In this document: piece by piece, positions 15,600 through 25,348 of the stretch
Position numbering within the stretch: the stretch's first letter is position 1
Layout of the letters: each line of letters opens with the position of its first letter
From: Pyrolobus fumarii 1A
GTDB taxonomy: Archaea; Thermoproteota; Thermoprotei_A; Sulfolobales; Pyrodictiaceae
Direction of reading: 5' to 3'
Assembly (NCBI RefSeq): GCF_000223395.1
Contig: NC_015931.1
Location: forward strand, 570,001 to 602,000
Length of the DNA stretch: 32,000 bases
Notes under the pieces: model-generated
The model's database searches: none
Seen by the model: the letters and a program-made list of their open reading frames with translations, nothing else
Told to the model about the DNA's origin: nothing
Made by a program: the position numbers and the translations under genes

Positions 15600-15983
15600 T
15601 TGAGGTTCGCGGTTAGCCCTCGCGAGCTTAGCAAGATACTACGCAGGATGGGCGTCAGCGTAGAGGCTAACGAGGTTAAGGCTTCGAGGGTTGTGATAGA
15701 GACGGAGGACGGTAAACGCATGGTCATGGAGCCGGAGCACGTGATGATACTGAAGATACAGGGGCAGTACTACATGGTTGAGATAATCGCGCCTAGCATC
15801 GAGGAGGAGAAGATAGAGGAGGTGGGTGAAGCTGAGAAGCCGAGCCTAGAGATACGCGAGGAGGATGTGAGGCTTGTGGCTGAACAGGCGGGCGTCTCGC
15901 TCGAGGAGGCAAGAAAAGCCCTGGAGGAGACCGGTGGCGACATCGCCGCCGCTATACTCAAGCTCATGGAGAGGAAGGGCTGA
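15600..15983 (+). CDS. nac: nascent polypeptide-associated complex protein (archaeal NAC, NAC + UBA domains)
   Basis: SPRELSKILRRMGVSVE...VVIETEDGKRMVMEPEHVMILKIQGQYYMVE (NAC domain) and EEDVRLVAEQAGVSLEEARKALEETGGDIAAAILKL (UBA domain). I prefer the in-frame TTG at 15600, preceded by GGAGG, over the ORF-track start at 15522. Confidence 0.8.
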   Translation: MRFAVSPRELSKILRRMGVSVEANEVKASRVVIETEDGKRMVMEPEHVMILKIQGQYYMVEIIAPSIEEEKIEEVGEAEKPSLEIREEDVRLVAEQAGVSLEEARKALEETGGDIAAAILKLMERKG

Positions 15984-17760
15984 GGCTAGCCTCGCCCTTC
16001 ACGCTCAGCGTTGCCGCGTCCACCACACTCACCTTACCCTCGCTTATCACGTATAGCTTGTCCAGGCTCCCCACGGCTCGGAGCCCCACGAGCAACTTGT
16101 AGGCTTCTATGTGGCCCTCGTTATCTATCCTGGCTAGTAGCACCTTCTCGCCCTTAGGCCCCTCGGGGGTGTATACGGGGTAGCCGATTGCACCCCTGGC
16201 TATGGCCAGGTACCGGTATGCCTCTGGCCTACTGAGCACACTAGACCATGTCTTGTGCAGTACTAGCTCGTCCACTAGCGCTAAGCTAGCGTTACTCTCG
16301 ATGCGGTATACGCGTAGGCGTAGGCTACCCTCATCGGTGTACCCTAGGCCTAGTACAAGCCCGTCCCATAGAGGCTGGAGTATCTGGTCGTAGCCCGGGC
16401 CCTTCCTCCAACCGAGCAGCCTAGGCTCATCCGGGTTAGTCACGTTTATCACGAAGAGTGGGTCCTTGTTTCTATAAGTCACCACGTAGATGTACCCATC
16501 GATCAACCTGATCGCGTGGACGCGCTCACGGAACCTGGGCACCTCTAGACTAGCCTTCGTCTCGAGTGTCTCACCGTCAAGCATGTATAGTGTGAAGCCG
16601 CCGTCCTTCCTCTCCAGGACTAGTAGGAGCCTATCACCTAGCAGCGCAGCCGCCAGCCAATTGGTTGGCAGGAGGCCGTCGAGCTCGGCACCATTCACGG
16701 CATAGAGCGTCCCGTTGTACACTAGCCTCACTACCACGGTCTTCACGCTGCCCTTCGGCCCCCACCCCGAGAACGCCAGGTACGCGTCCCGCCCGCTCGC
16801 ATTGACTAGTAGGAGAGGTGCTCTCCACGAGGAGGTCACGTTGAACCTTAGGATGCTCGCCTCGCAAGACGTTGCGTTGATCACCGCCACTTCTATGCTG
16901 GGTTGGTATGCTGCCACGGCTCGTGTAACCTGAGGGCCGCCAACCAGCATCACTGTGTATAATGGCGACGTTGTCTCGACCCATATGAGTCCGTGGGCGC
17001 TTCTAGCATCCACTAGGCGCCCTGGTATCAGCGTCTTGCATACAACGTCACCATCGTTATTGTATACTATGATGCCGGTCCACGAGCGACCAACACCTAT
17101 ACCCTCGTACCTCACGTCCAGGAGGGCTGCTATCCCATCCCAAGTGTAGAGAATGCCACGCAGCTCTATAGACGCTGGTAGGGTGATGTTGCTGATGCTC
17201 GCCTCGGGTAGTGTTATCGAGATGCTCGCCTTGCCCCAGGATGCCCTGGCTATGCCCAACGGGTCTAGTGGCTCGAGGGGCTCGAGGCTGGTAGTATTAA
17301 CCCGGTATACGAGCCCATCCCGCGCAACGTAGAGTATATCGTGTATCAGCTTGACAGTGTCTATCTCGTCGACGCCGCGAATAGCGACTAGCGTCCCGGT
17401 CTCGCCACCAGGCGCACCATACCCGCCAACAACACCCGCTCTCAGCGGGACAGCCTCAACAGCCGTCACGACAGTTGTTAACACGGGTGAGCCTCTAACA
17501 CCAGGCTGCGTTATACTCTCGAGCAGTTTCGCAACCTCGGGCGCCACGACACCAGACTCTATACGCGCTGATGGGGCCATGCTCCACTGCGTGGGCGTCA
17601 CAGGCTCGGCAGTGACAGTGACCGTCACAACCCTAGTCTCGATGGGTGTGATGGGCGCGCCACCTGGGATGCTCACCGCCGCGAGATACACTATGGCCGC
17701 CGCGGCGACAAGCGCAATTACGGCTGGGAGTACCAGCCTCTTCTCCATCACGCTCAGCAC
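15964..17760 (-). CDS. secreted/membrane-anchored beta-propeller domain protein (Beta_propel-like)
   Basis: 598 aa with N-terminal anchor LVLPAVIALVAAAAIVYLAAV. The C-terminal segment VHAIRLIDGYIYVVTYRNKDPLFVINVTNPDEPRLLGWRKGPGYDQILQPL matches the family signature (YvVTfr..DPLfviDls.P..P...G.lk.pG.s.yL.P) as I recall it. Confidence 0.7.
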   Translation of the reverse strand: MLSVMEKRLVLPAVIALVAAAAIVYLAAVSIPGGAPITPIETRVVTVTVTAEPVTPTQWSMAPSARIESGVVAPEVAKLLESITQPGVRGSPVLTTVVTAVEAVPLRAGVVGGYGAPGGETGTLVAIRGVDEIDTVKLIHDILYVARDGLVYRVNTTSLEPLEPLDPLGIARASWGKASISITLPEASISNITLPASIELRGILYTWDGIAALLDVRYEGIGVGRSWTGIIVYNNDGDVVCKTLIPGRLVDARSAHGLIWVETTSPLYTVMLVGGPQVTRAVAAYQPSIEVAVINATSCEASILRFNVTSSWRAPLLLVNASGRDAYLAFSGWGPKGSVKTVVVRLVYNGTLYAVNGAELDGLLPTNWLAAALLGDRLLLVLERKDGGFTLYMLDGETLETKASLEVPRFRERVHAIRLIDGYIYVVTYRNKDPLFVINVTNPDEPRLLGWRKGPGYDQILQPLWDGLVLGLGYTDEGSLRLRVYRIESNASLALVDELVLHKTWSSVLSRPEAYRYLAIARGAIGYPVYTPEGPKGEKVLLARIDNEGHIEAYKLLVGLRAVGSLDKLYVISEGKVSVVDAATLSVKGEASLSPSSP

Positions 17761-17816
17761 CCACTGGGCGTCTCAGCCATACACCCCCTATTGGCTCGAG
17801 GGCATCGCGACGGTAG

Positions 17817-17852
17817 CTCGAGACCCTCGAATGGGTATGCGAGGGTCTCGAG
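17817..17852. promoter_or_regulatory. perfect 13-bp inverted repeat (ctcgagaccctcg N10 cgagggtctcgag) in a divergent promoter region
   Basis: Read directly from the sequence. A further CTCGAGGG copy lies at 17795-17802. Confidence 0.45.
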
Positions 17853-17898
17853 ATGTAATAGCGGGCGTGGCGGGTAATCAATACCGGGCGTCTCTACC

Positions 17899-18333
17899 TT
17901 GACTGGACAGAAACAGGAGCATAGCGAGGATCCCATAGCGGCTTTGGGCGGCACCGCGCTCCGGGTGTACCTCTACCTGCTCTCGCATGGAGGCCCGGTG
18001 ACTCCGAGAGAGCTGCAGAGGGCGATGGGCTTTCGCAGCGTCTCGACGGCCTATCACCACCTTGAGCGGCTGGCGGGCATGGGTCTCGTCGAGAAGAGGG
18101 GCGACGGCTACGTTGCTCGTAAGCCTAGTGGCCTCCTAGGCCTCTACATGAGGCTTTATGGCAGGCTTGTACCTAGGATGCTCATCGCCGCGAGCATATC
18201 AAGTGGAGTGGCTCTAGGCTACACATTGTCGTACAGGGATCCGCTCGCGGCTATACTATTGTGGCTCGTCTCCGCCCTCTTCTGGCGCGAGGTTATCACT
18301 CTGAAGGCTATCCTCATGCGCCTCTGTGCATAG
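17899..18333 (+). CDS. winged-helix (ArsR/TrmB-like) DNA-binding protein with C-terminal transmembrane helices
   Basis: 144 aa with a TTG start. ALRVYLYLLSHGGPVTPRELQRAMGFRSVSTAYHHLERLAGMGLVEKRGDGYV, followed by two hydrophobic helices. Confidence 0.7.
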   Translation: MTGQKQEHSEDPIAALGGTALRVYLYLLSHGGPVTPRELQRAMGFRSVSTAYHHLERLAGMGLVEKRGDGYVARKPSGLLGLYMRLYGRLVPRMLIAASISSGVALGYTLSYRDPLAAILLWLVSALFWREVITLKAILMRLCA

Positions 18334-18377
18334 ATGGGCCCCTAGCGGCGTCGCTGTAGAATCGCCGACTCGCGTGT

Positions 18378-20018
<1,641 letters not shown>

Positions 20019-20051
20019 CTATAAACCTAACCATGGCGCGCTTCAAGTTGC

Positions 20052-21359
20052 TTAGAGAGTATGGTCTGCTCGTCTAGCGGTTCTCCTCTTCTCGGCTGCA
20101 AGCCTCTCTGCAACCACGAGTATATCCTCGGGCGTAAGTACCTCGTCTAGGCCCGCATAGCCCTCCTCAATCCCCCCGAGCGCAACGACACCGACACGGG
20201 GCACGCCTAGGCCACGCATCCACTCTGCTATCCCGCTAGCCTCGTGTCGTTTCACTTGCCCCATTTTCACCTCGTAGCCCCACGCCACTCTACCCCGCCT
20301 GTCCAAGAGGACCACGTCTACATCACGACCGTCGGGTTGTATCGAGTAGGCGCGTCGCAAGCCATGATACTCCGCGAGAAGCTCGCCCAGCGTGAACTGT
20401 AGCTCAACGCCGTAGACGGCCCTGAGGGTGTCGAGGGGCGGGGTCGTCCCAGCCTCTTCGACCATATCGGCTATCCTGTAGAGGAGGCTCGTGAGAGGCG
20501 ACCTGTGCCTGTAGTAGACGCGGGCCCCCCGGGTTCTCCACAATGCTATCCTCTCGACGAGCCCCATCTCCTCGAGCACGTGTAGTATGCCGGTCGCGAC
20601 GCTGGCAGATGGGCTCGAGGTTAGCCCCGCCGCGTACAGCCTAGCGGCGATGTCGGACGCCTTCCAGTAGCCCTTGGCGAGCAGCGTTAGCACGGCGTCA
20701 TATGTTCGTGTGAGCTGCCTCTCCTCCTCCTCGAAAACCTCGCCCACGAGGCCACGCACGATAGGCACGAGCATCTCAGCCTTCTCGGCTAGAGCGGCCC
20801 AAGGATTGCCGCGGGGCGCCACGTGCCCGAGTATCCAAGGGTCTCGGACAACAACAGCCCAGAGCACTGCGTTGCGCGGATCCAGCCCGGCTTTGCCCAG
20901 CGAGACGATAACATCATAGACGCTCGCAAGGTCCACTCGGAAAGCCTCAAACACGCCGAGCAGCGGCGACCTGCGGTCGAAGATCCTCGAGACTATGCCC
21001 ATGCTAGAGCCGCAGGCCACAAGTACACCCTCGGCCTCACCACGCAGAATGGAGAACACGTCCCAGTAGCGCTGCGGAAGCCTCTGAAACTCGTCGATAA
21101 CGGCTATACCGCTCCTTCGCACAACACTCGTAACCATCTCCAGACACTCATCTAGCCCAGCGAGCCTAACGCCACCCGCATCCTCCACGATACACTCGCC
21201 GCTACGAGTGACGGTGGCGTACACGCTCCACGAGACGCACCTCCTCAGGAGCCACGTCTTGCCAGTCTTCCTCCTGCCATACACTAGGAGCCACACGCCC
21301 TCACCAACAAGCCTCTCCAGCGCGACACACTCCCAGCGATCGATAACCACCCGCGCCAC
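20052..21359 (-). CDS. archaeal ATPase (Arch_ATPase-type P-loop) with a C-terminal DUF234-like PD-(D/E)xK-type domain
   Basis: 435 aa. LLVYGRRKTGKTWLL (Walker A), AVIDEFQRL (Walker B), a wHTH-like middle region, and DVDVVLLDRRGRVAWGYEVKMG near the C-terminus. Confidence 0.8.
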   Translation of the reverse strand: MARVVIDRWECVALERLVGEGVWLLVYGRRKTGKTWLLRRCVSWSVYATVTRSGECIVEDAGGVRLAGLDECLEMVTSVVRRSGIAVIDEFQRLPQRYWDVFSILRGEAEGVLVACGSSMGIVSRIFDRRSPLLGVFEAFRVDLASVYDVIVSLGKAGLDPRNAVLWAVVVRDPWILGHVAPRGNPWAALAEKAEMLVPIVRGLVGEVFEEEERQLTRTYDAVLTLLAKGYWKASDIAARLYAAGLTSSPSASVATGILHVLEEMGLVERIALWRTRGARVYYRHRSPLTSLLYRIADMVEEAGTTPPLDTLRAVYGVELQFTLGELLAEYHGLRRAYSIQPDGRDVDVVLLDRRGRVAWGYEVKMGQVKRHEASGIAEWMRGLGVPRVGVVALGGIEEGYAGLDEVLTPEDILVVAERLAAEKRRTARRADHTL

Positions 21360-21371
21360 AAGCCAAACCCA

Positions 21372-21427
21372 CGGTGATATAATAGCGGTGATATAACCAC
21401 GGTTATATAGCGACCGTTATGCGATAA
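21372..21427. repeat. tandem 14-nt-period repeat array: CGGTGATATAATAG / CGGTGATATAACCA / CGGTTATATAGCGA / CCGTTATGCGATAA
   Basis: The 11-mer CGGTGATATAA is exact at 21372-21382 and 21386-21396. Degenerating copies start at 21400 and 21414. The array includes the palindrome TATAACC-ac-GGTTATA (21392-21407). Confidence 0.7.
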
Positions 21428-21469
21428 CCACATGTGCCTCTTCCCCGCACTACAGCAAAGGAGACAACC

Positions 21470-22027
21470 ATGGAAACGAGATGTCTCGAGAAGGGCTTCG
21501 TAGTCTGGTTCACGGGTCTACCCGGCTCCGGGAAGACCACAATAGCCTCGAGGCTCGCAGAGAGGCTAAGGAGCCTCGGCTACCGCGTGGAGCTCCTCGA
21601 CGGCGACTGGGCCCGGAGGACTATCAGCGAGGGCGCGGGCTTCACCAGGGAGGAGAGGCTACGCCACCTCAAGCGCGTCGCGTGGGTGGCTAGGCTCCTC
21701 GCAAGGAACGGCGTGATAGTCTTGTGTAGCTTCGTGTCGCCCTACGAGGAGGCAAGGAGGCTCGTAAGGAGCATAGTTGAGGAGGAGGGCATCCCGTTCA
21801 TACTAGTGTGGGTCAAGGCGAGCCCCGAGACGGCTGCCAAGAGGAAGCCCGAGCTCTGGGAGAAGGCCAAGAAGGGCGAGATCAAGCACTTCACGGGCGT
21901 CTCCGACCCGTACGAGCCGCCCAGCAACCCAGACCTCGTCATAGACACTGAGAGGGTCGGCGTAGAGGAGGGTGTAGAGGCTGTCTTTAAACTGTTGGAG
22001 GGTAGGGGGCTAGTCGCTAAGGCTTGA
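21470..22027 (+). CDS. cysC: adenylylsulfate (APS) kinase
   Basis: GFVVWFTGLPGSGKTTIASRLAERL. I prefer the ATG at 21470, preceded by AAGGAG. The ORF-track GTG at 21434 is an alternative (leaderless) start. Confidence 0.85.
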   Translation: METRCLEKGFVVWFTGLPGSGKTTIASRLAERLRSLGYRVELLDGDWARRTISEGAGFTREERLRHLKRVAWVARLLARNGVIVLCSFVSPYEEARRLVRSIVEEEGIPFILVWVKASPETAAKRKPELWEKAKKGEIKHFTGVSDPYEPPSNPDLVIDTERVGVEEGVEAVFKLLEGRGLVAKA

Positions 22028-23405
22028 GGTGCTCGGGGTCTCTCGGGACGAACCTCGCCTCCCTGATGTTGCCGAGGCCTAGCAGTTGCATCACGACCCT
22101 CTCTAGTCCTATGCCTGCTCCTCCGTGGGGCGGCGCGCCGTGCCGGAACATCTCTAGGTACCAGTCGAAGGCTGCTGGGTTCAGCCCCTTCTCCCTAAGC
22201 TGCTCCTCGAGTATCCTCGGGCAGTGCTCGCGCTGGCCGCCCGTTGCCACCTCGAGGCCCTTGAATAGCAGGTCGAAGCTGTAGGTTCTCTTTGGGTTCG
22301 TGAAGCGTGGCTCCTCTGGGCAGCTCCATGGCTCTTCGCGCGCCTTCATCGTGTAGAAGGGTCGCACGCTCCACGGGTACATCGTGACGAAGACTAGTGG
22401 CGCGCCGTACTCCTTCTCGTATATCTCGCCTAGCTTCTTCTCGCCCTCGGTGCCGAGGTCCTCGTCCTCCTCTATCTCGAGGCCGGCCTCGCGTAGGAGG
22501 CGGTACGCCTCGTCGATGGGCACGCGTGGGTACTCGCGTGGCGGCTTCAGCTCGAGCGCCTGCGGGTAGTACTCCTCGAGGAGTGGTTTTGTGCGCGGGT
22601 CGCTCTGTATAGCCTCTATCATCGCGGTGACCGCGCCCTCAACCACCTTCATCACGTCCTCATAGCTCTTGATGAATCCCATCTCGAAGTCTACGCTGGT
22701 GAACTCTGTGAGGTGGCGCACCGTGTGGTGCTTCTCGGCTCTGAAGGCTGGGCCTATCTCGTAGACCCTCTCGAGGCCGGAGATGACGCCCATCTGCTTG
22801 TAGAGCTGTGGCGACTGTGCGAGGAACGCCTCCTTCTCGAAGTAGATTATGGGGAATACCTCGGCGCCGCCCTCGGTGGCAGAGGCTACTATCTTGGGCG
22901 TGAATATCTCGATGAAGCCCTGCTCGGCGAAGAACTTGGATGCTGCCTCGGCGGCGACAGCCGCGGCTATAATCGGCGTCGCGTGGCGAGGCTCACGCAG
23001 ATCAATCCACCTGTACCTCAGCCGGATGGCTAGCGAGGCTGTCTTCCCGCCCGGCTCGATGGGGAGGGGCTCCGCCTCGTTGAGGACTAGTATCTCCTCT
23101 GCCTGCAGCTCCTTGCCTCCAAGCGCGGCCTTCGACTCCACCAGGACGCCCTTGACGGCTATGACGCTCTCCCTGGATAGCTCCCGGGCCGTCTCCCAGG
23201 CCTCCCTCGCCACGTTCTTCTTCGCGACGACCTGCATCCTGCCGGAGCGGTCACGCACAACCACGAACACGACGCCGCCGTGCCGGCGGACCGCCTCAAC
23301 CCACCCGGCGATCACGTACTTCTCGCCGACGCGCCCCTCGCGTAGAACATCGGCGATGTACCGCCTAGCCTCTAGCAGCAAACCCGGCACCCAACGCTGC
23401 AGCAC
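22017..23405 (-). CDS. aspS: aspartyl-tRNA synthetase (archaeal class IIb)
   Basis: OB-fold N-terminus VIAGWVEAVRRHGGVVFVVVRDRSGRMQVV, then class II motifs FRAEKHHTVRHLTEF and GGAGIGLERVVMQLLGLGNIREARFVPRDPEHLKP. The first roughly 96 codons of the 558-aa ORF are Arg/Ser/Pro/Thr-rich and judged non-coding. Start set at the GTG at 23405; 23390 or 23381 are also possible. Confidence 0.9.
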   Translation of the reverse strand: MLQRWVPGLLLEARRYIADVLREGRVGEKYVIAGWVEAVRRHGGVVFVVVRDRSGRMQVVAKKNVAREAWETARELSRESVIAVKGVLVESKAALGGKELQAEEILVLNEAEPLPIEPGGKTASLAIRLRYRWIDLREPRHATPIIAAAVAAEAASKFFAEQGFIEIFTPKIVASATEGGAEVFPIIYFEKEAFLAQSPQLYKQMGVISGLERVYEIGPAFRAEKHHTVRHLTEFTSVDFEMGFIKSYEDVMKVVEGAVTAMIEAIQSDPRTKPLLEEYYPQALELKPPREYPRVPIDEAYRLLREAGLEIEEDEDLGTEGEKKLGEIYEKEYGAPLVFVTMYPWSVRPFYTMKAREEPWSCPEEPRFTNPKRTYSFDLLFKGLEVATGGQREHCPRILEEQLREKGLNPAAFDWYLEMFRHGAPPHGGAGIGLERVVMQLLGLGNIREARFVPRDPEHLKP

Positions 23406-23512
23406 GACACGCCGGCGAGTTAAACCCGCCCCGGAGCGCCCCCGCAAGCAGGGCCCTCGGCACCCTGCAGTGCTCCGGGTGGGGCGCGCCGCACTGGTAT
23501 TAACGCCGCTCG

Positions 23513-23995
23513 TTGAGCGGTTATCGCGGGTATCTCGTCGTGTCGAGTAGGGAGAGGGACATCCGTTACATCTACGATAGGGTGCTTCGCGACGCCCGGC
23601 GGATTCTCGGCGCGTGGCCCGCCGAGCAGAAGCCAATCTCGAGGCTGTTGAGGGAGGAGAAGCCGCTGATCCGGCTAGTGGGCGGGGGCACACATCTCCT
23701 GGACCGCGGCGAGCTAGAGGACATGGCCTCGAGGATACCCTGGTTCATGCACGAGCTGGTTAGGCTCCCGATAGTAATCGTGTATAGGAGGATCGCCGGG
23801 AGCGGCGTGTACCGCGTGGAGGGCGACGTGTGGGCGGCTAGGGCTGTCTCGGTGCTACTGGGCGGCGGCTACTGGGAGGAAAAGTGGGAGCTAAGCTACG
23901 AGGAGGTCTCCGAGCTGATAAAGAGGTACAAGACGCTCTTCTTCGTCACGATTCGCGTCGAGATACAGGGGCTACTCGAGCACGAGGAGCTCTAA
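23513..23995 (+). CDS. UPF0216/DUF61-like archaeal protein
   Basis: 160 aa with a TTG start. KPISRLLREEKPLIRLVGGGTHLLDRGELEDMASRIPWFMHELVRLPIVIVYRR resembles the UPF0216 pattern as I recall it. Confidence 0.55.
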   Translation: MSGYRGYLVVSSRERDIRYIYDRVLRDARRILGAWPAEQKPISRLLREEKPLIRLVGGGTHLLDRGELEDMASRIPWFMHELVRLPIVIVYRRIAGSGVYRVEGDVWAARAVSVLLGGGYWEEKWELSYEEVSELIKRYKTLFFVTIRVEIQGLLEHEEL

Positions 23996-24103
23996 CAACA
24001 GGCTGGCGTTCCCCCAACATGCCCCGCGGGCCCACCGCCCGGCGTACACGAGGCCGTGGGCGCCCGCACCCGTGTCCTTTAGGCAGGGCACCTCGGCATA
24101 CCC

Positions 24104-24799
24104 TTGTGGGTGGATGGGTTGAGAGCCACCAGGAGGTGGCCTTGGGAGGAGAAACCCGCGCTCCAGGTCGCACTCGACATGACTAGTCTCGAGGATGCGC
24201 TCCGCGTCGCTAGAGCCGCCTGGGCTAACGGCGCCGAGGTGCTCGAGGCGGGGACGCCTCTCATAAAGGCCGTTGGCATGGAGGCTGTCCGTGCTCTGCG
24301 CCGCAACTTCCCCGAAGCCGTTATCGTCGCGGACACCAAGATCATGGACGCTGGCCGCATAGAGGCTGGTGTAGCTCTCGACGCGGGCGCCGATATCGTC
24401 ACTGTGCTTGGCGTCGCGAGCGACGAGACGATAAGGGAGGTTGTGGAGGCCGCCCACGAGCACGGCGCGCTAGCAGCGGTCGACATGATTAACCATCCGG
24501 ATCCCGTGGCGCGCGCCGAGCAGGTAGCCAAGCTAGGCGCCGACATAGTAATCCTCCACGTGGCGGTAGACGTGCAGAAGGCCAGGGGCGTGACAGCCGC
24601 AGAAGCCGCACCACTCGTACCACGCGTGAAGAGTGTCTTCAACGGCTGGGTGGCCGTCGCGGGAGGGCTTAACAGGGAGACCGCCCCCATCGTCGCGAAA
24701 GCCGGCGCCAACATAGTGATAGTAGGCTCCGCGATAACCAAGGCCAGCGACCCAGGCAGAGCAACCAAGGAGATAGTAGAGGCGCTCAGAAGCCTCTAG
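24104..24799 (+). CDS. 3-hexulose-6-phosphate synthase-like protein (OMP decarboxylase superfamily)
   Basis: LQVALDMTSLEDALRVA..., ADTKIMDAG, VAVAGGLN, IVIVGSAITKASDP. Start uncertain (TTG at 24104 or 24119). Confidence 0.8.
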   Translation: MWVDGLRATRRWPWEEKPALQVALDMTSLEDALRVARAAWANGAEVLEAGTPLIKAVGMEAVRALRRNFPEAVIVADTKIMDAGRIEAGVALDAGADIVTVLGVASDETIREVVEAAHEHGALAAVDMINHPDPVARAEQVAKLGADIVILHVAVDVQKARGVTAAEAAPLVPRVKSVFNGWVAVAGGLNRETAPIVAKAGANIVIVGSAITKASDPGRATKEIVEALRSL

Positions 24800-25125
24800 C
24801 CGCACAAACCCCGCCACACAACGCCCCACCCGCAGCACGGAGCAGCCCACCACTAGCCTAACACGCCCAAATCCATCAAACTATACAATGCCGCGTTTTG
24901 CCACATTCCGAGATCATTGTCATTAGAAGTGGCTTGCGACTATCAACTTGCTATGCAGCCATGTGATAGGGCGACAAGCTTACCCTCCACACCTAGCTAG
25001 AGACGAGACGGGCGGATGACGACCGCGCTCTGCGCCGAACAGAAACGCGAGACTCAATGTGGATTCGAGAACCCGGGACCGACGCCCATAACCCCCCGCG
25101 CCTCTCCAAGTTCTCCATGGGCCCG

Positions 25126-25183
25126 GGGAGCCCACCGCCCAGACACCGGGGCTGGACCCCGGCTGGGTGAGGGGCGGGCTCCC
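25126..25183. ncRNA. 58-nt nested GC-rich hairpin, the core of a candidate structured RNA of unknown class inside a 549-nt ORF-free gap
   Basis: GGGAGCCCaCCGCCC-agaca-CCGGGG-ctgga-CCCCGG-ctgggtga-GGGGCGGGCTCCC. Outer and inner stems were checked by hand. Strand and true extent are unknown. Confidence 0.25.
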
Positions 25184-25348
25184 AAACCACCCCACAACTC
25201 GCACCCACGATCCACTAGCGACGCCGGCAACGATACTATGGATAGACGTGTTCAATACCCGAAGAGTCTACAAGGAGTTCTTCGAGCAAGGATTACCGGC
25301 CAGGCCTTGGGGCGCACAGGCGTCCTAGTTTACTCTGTCTTTCTGTCG

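Noticed and set aside
22017-23693. The 558-aa version of the AspRS ORF, with a roughly 96-aa N-terminal extension that overlaps the divergent gene starting at 23513.
   Set aside because: The extension is Arg/Ser/Pro/Thr/Ala-rich low complexity typical of out-of-context GC-rich DNA. The OB-fold N-terminus of archaeal AspRS begins right after the in-frame GTG/TTG codons at 23405-23381.
24990-25330. Identification of the GC-rich structured gap as SRP (7S) RNA or RNase P RNA.
   Set aside because: I could not find the universal helix-8 GGAA...GGAGCA motif or a UGUAAC-type Alu-domain motif for SRP RNA, nor the GAGGAAAGUCC (CR-I) motif for RNase P, on either strand. Matches such as ACAGAAA and GAGAACCCGGG are too short and are in the wrong spacing. 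It is kept only as an unclassified structured-RNA candidate.
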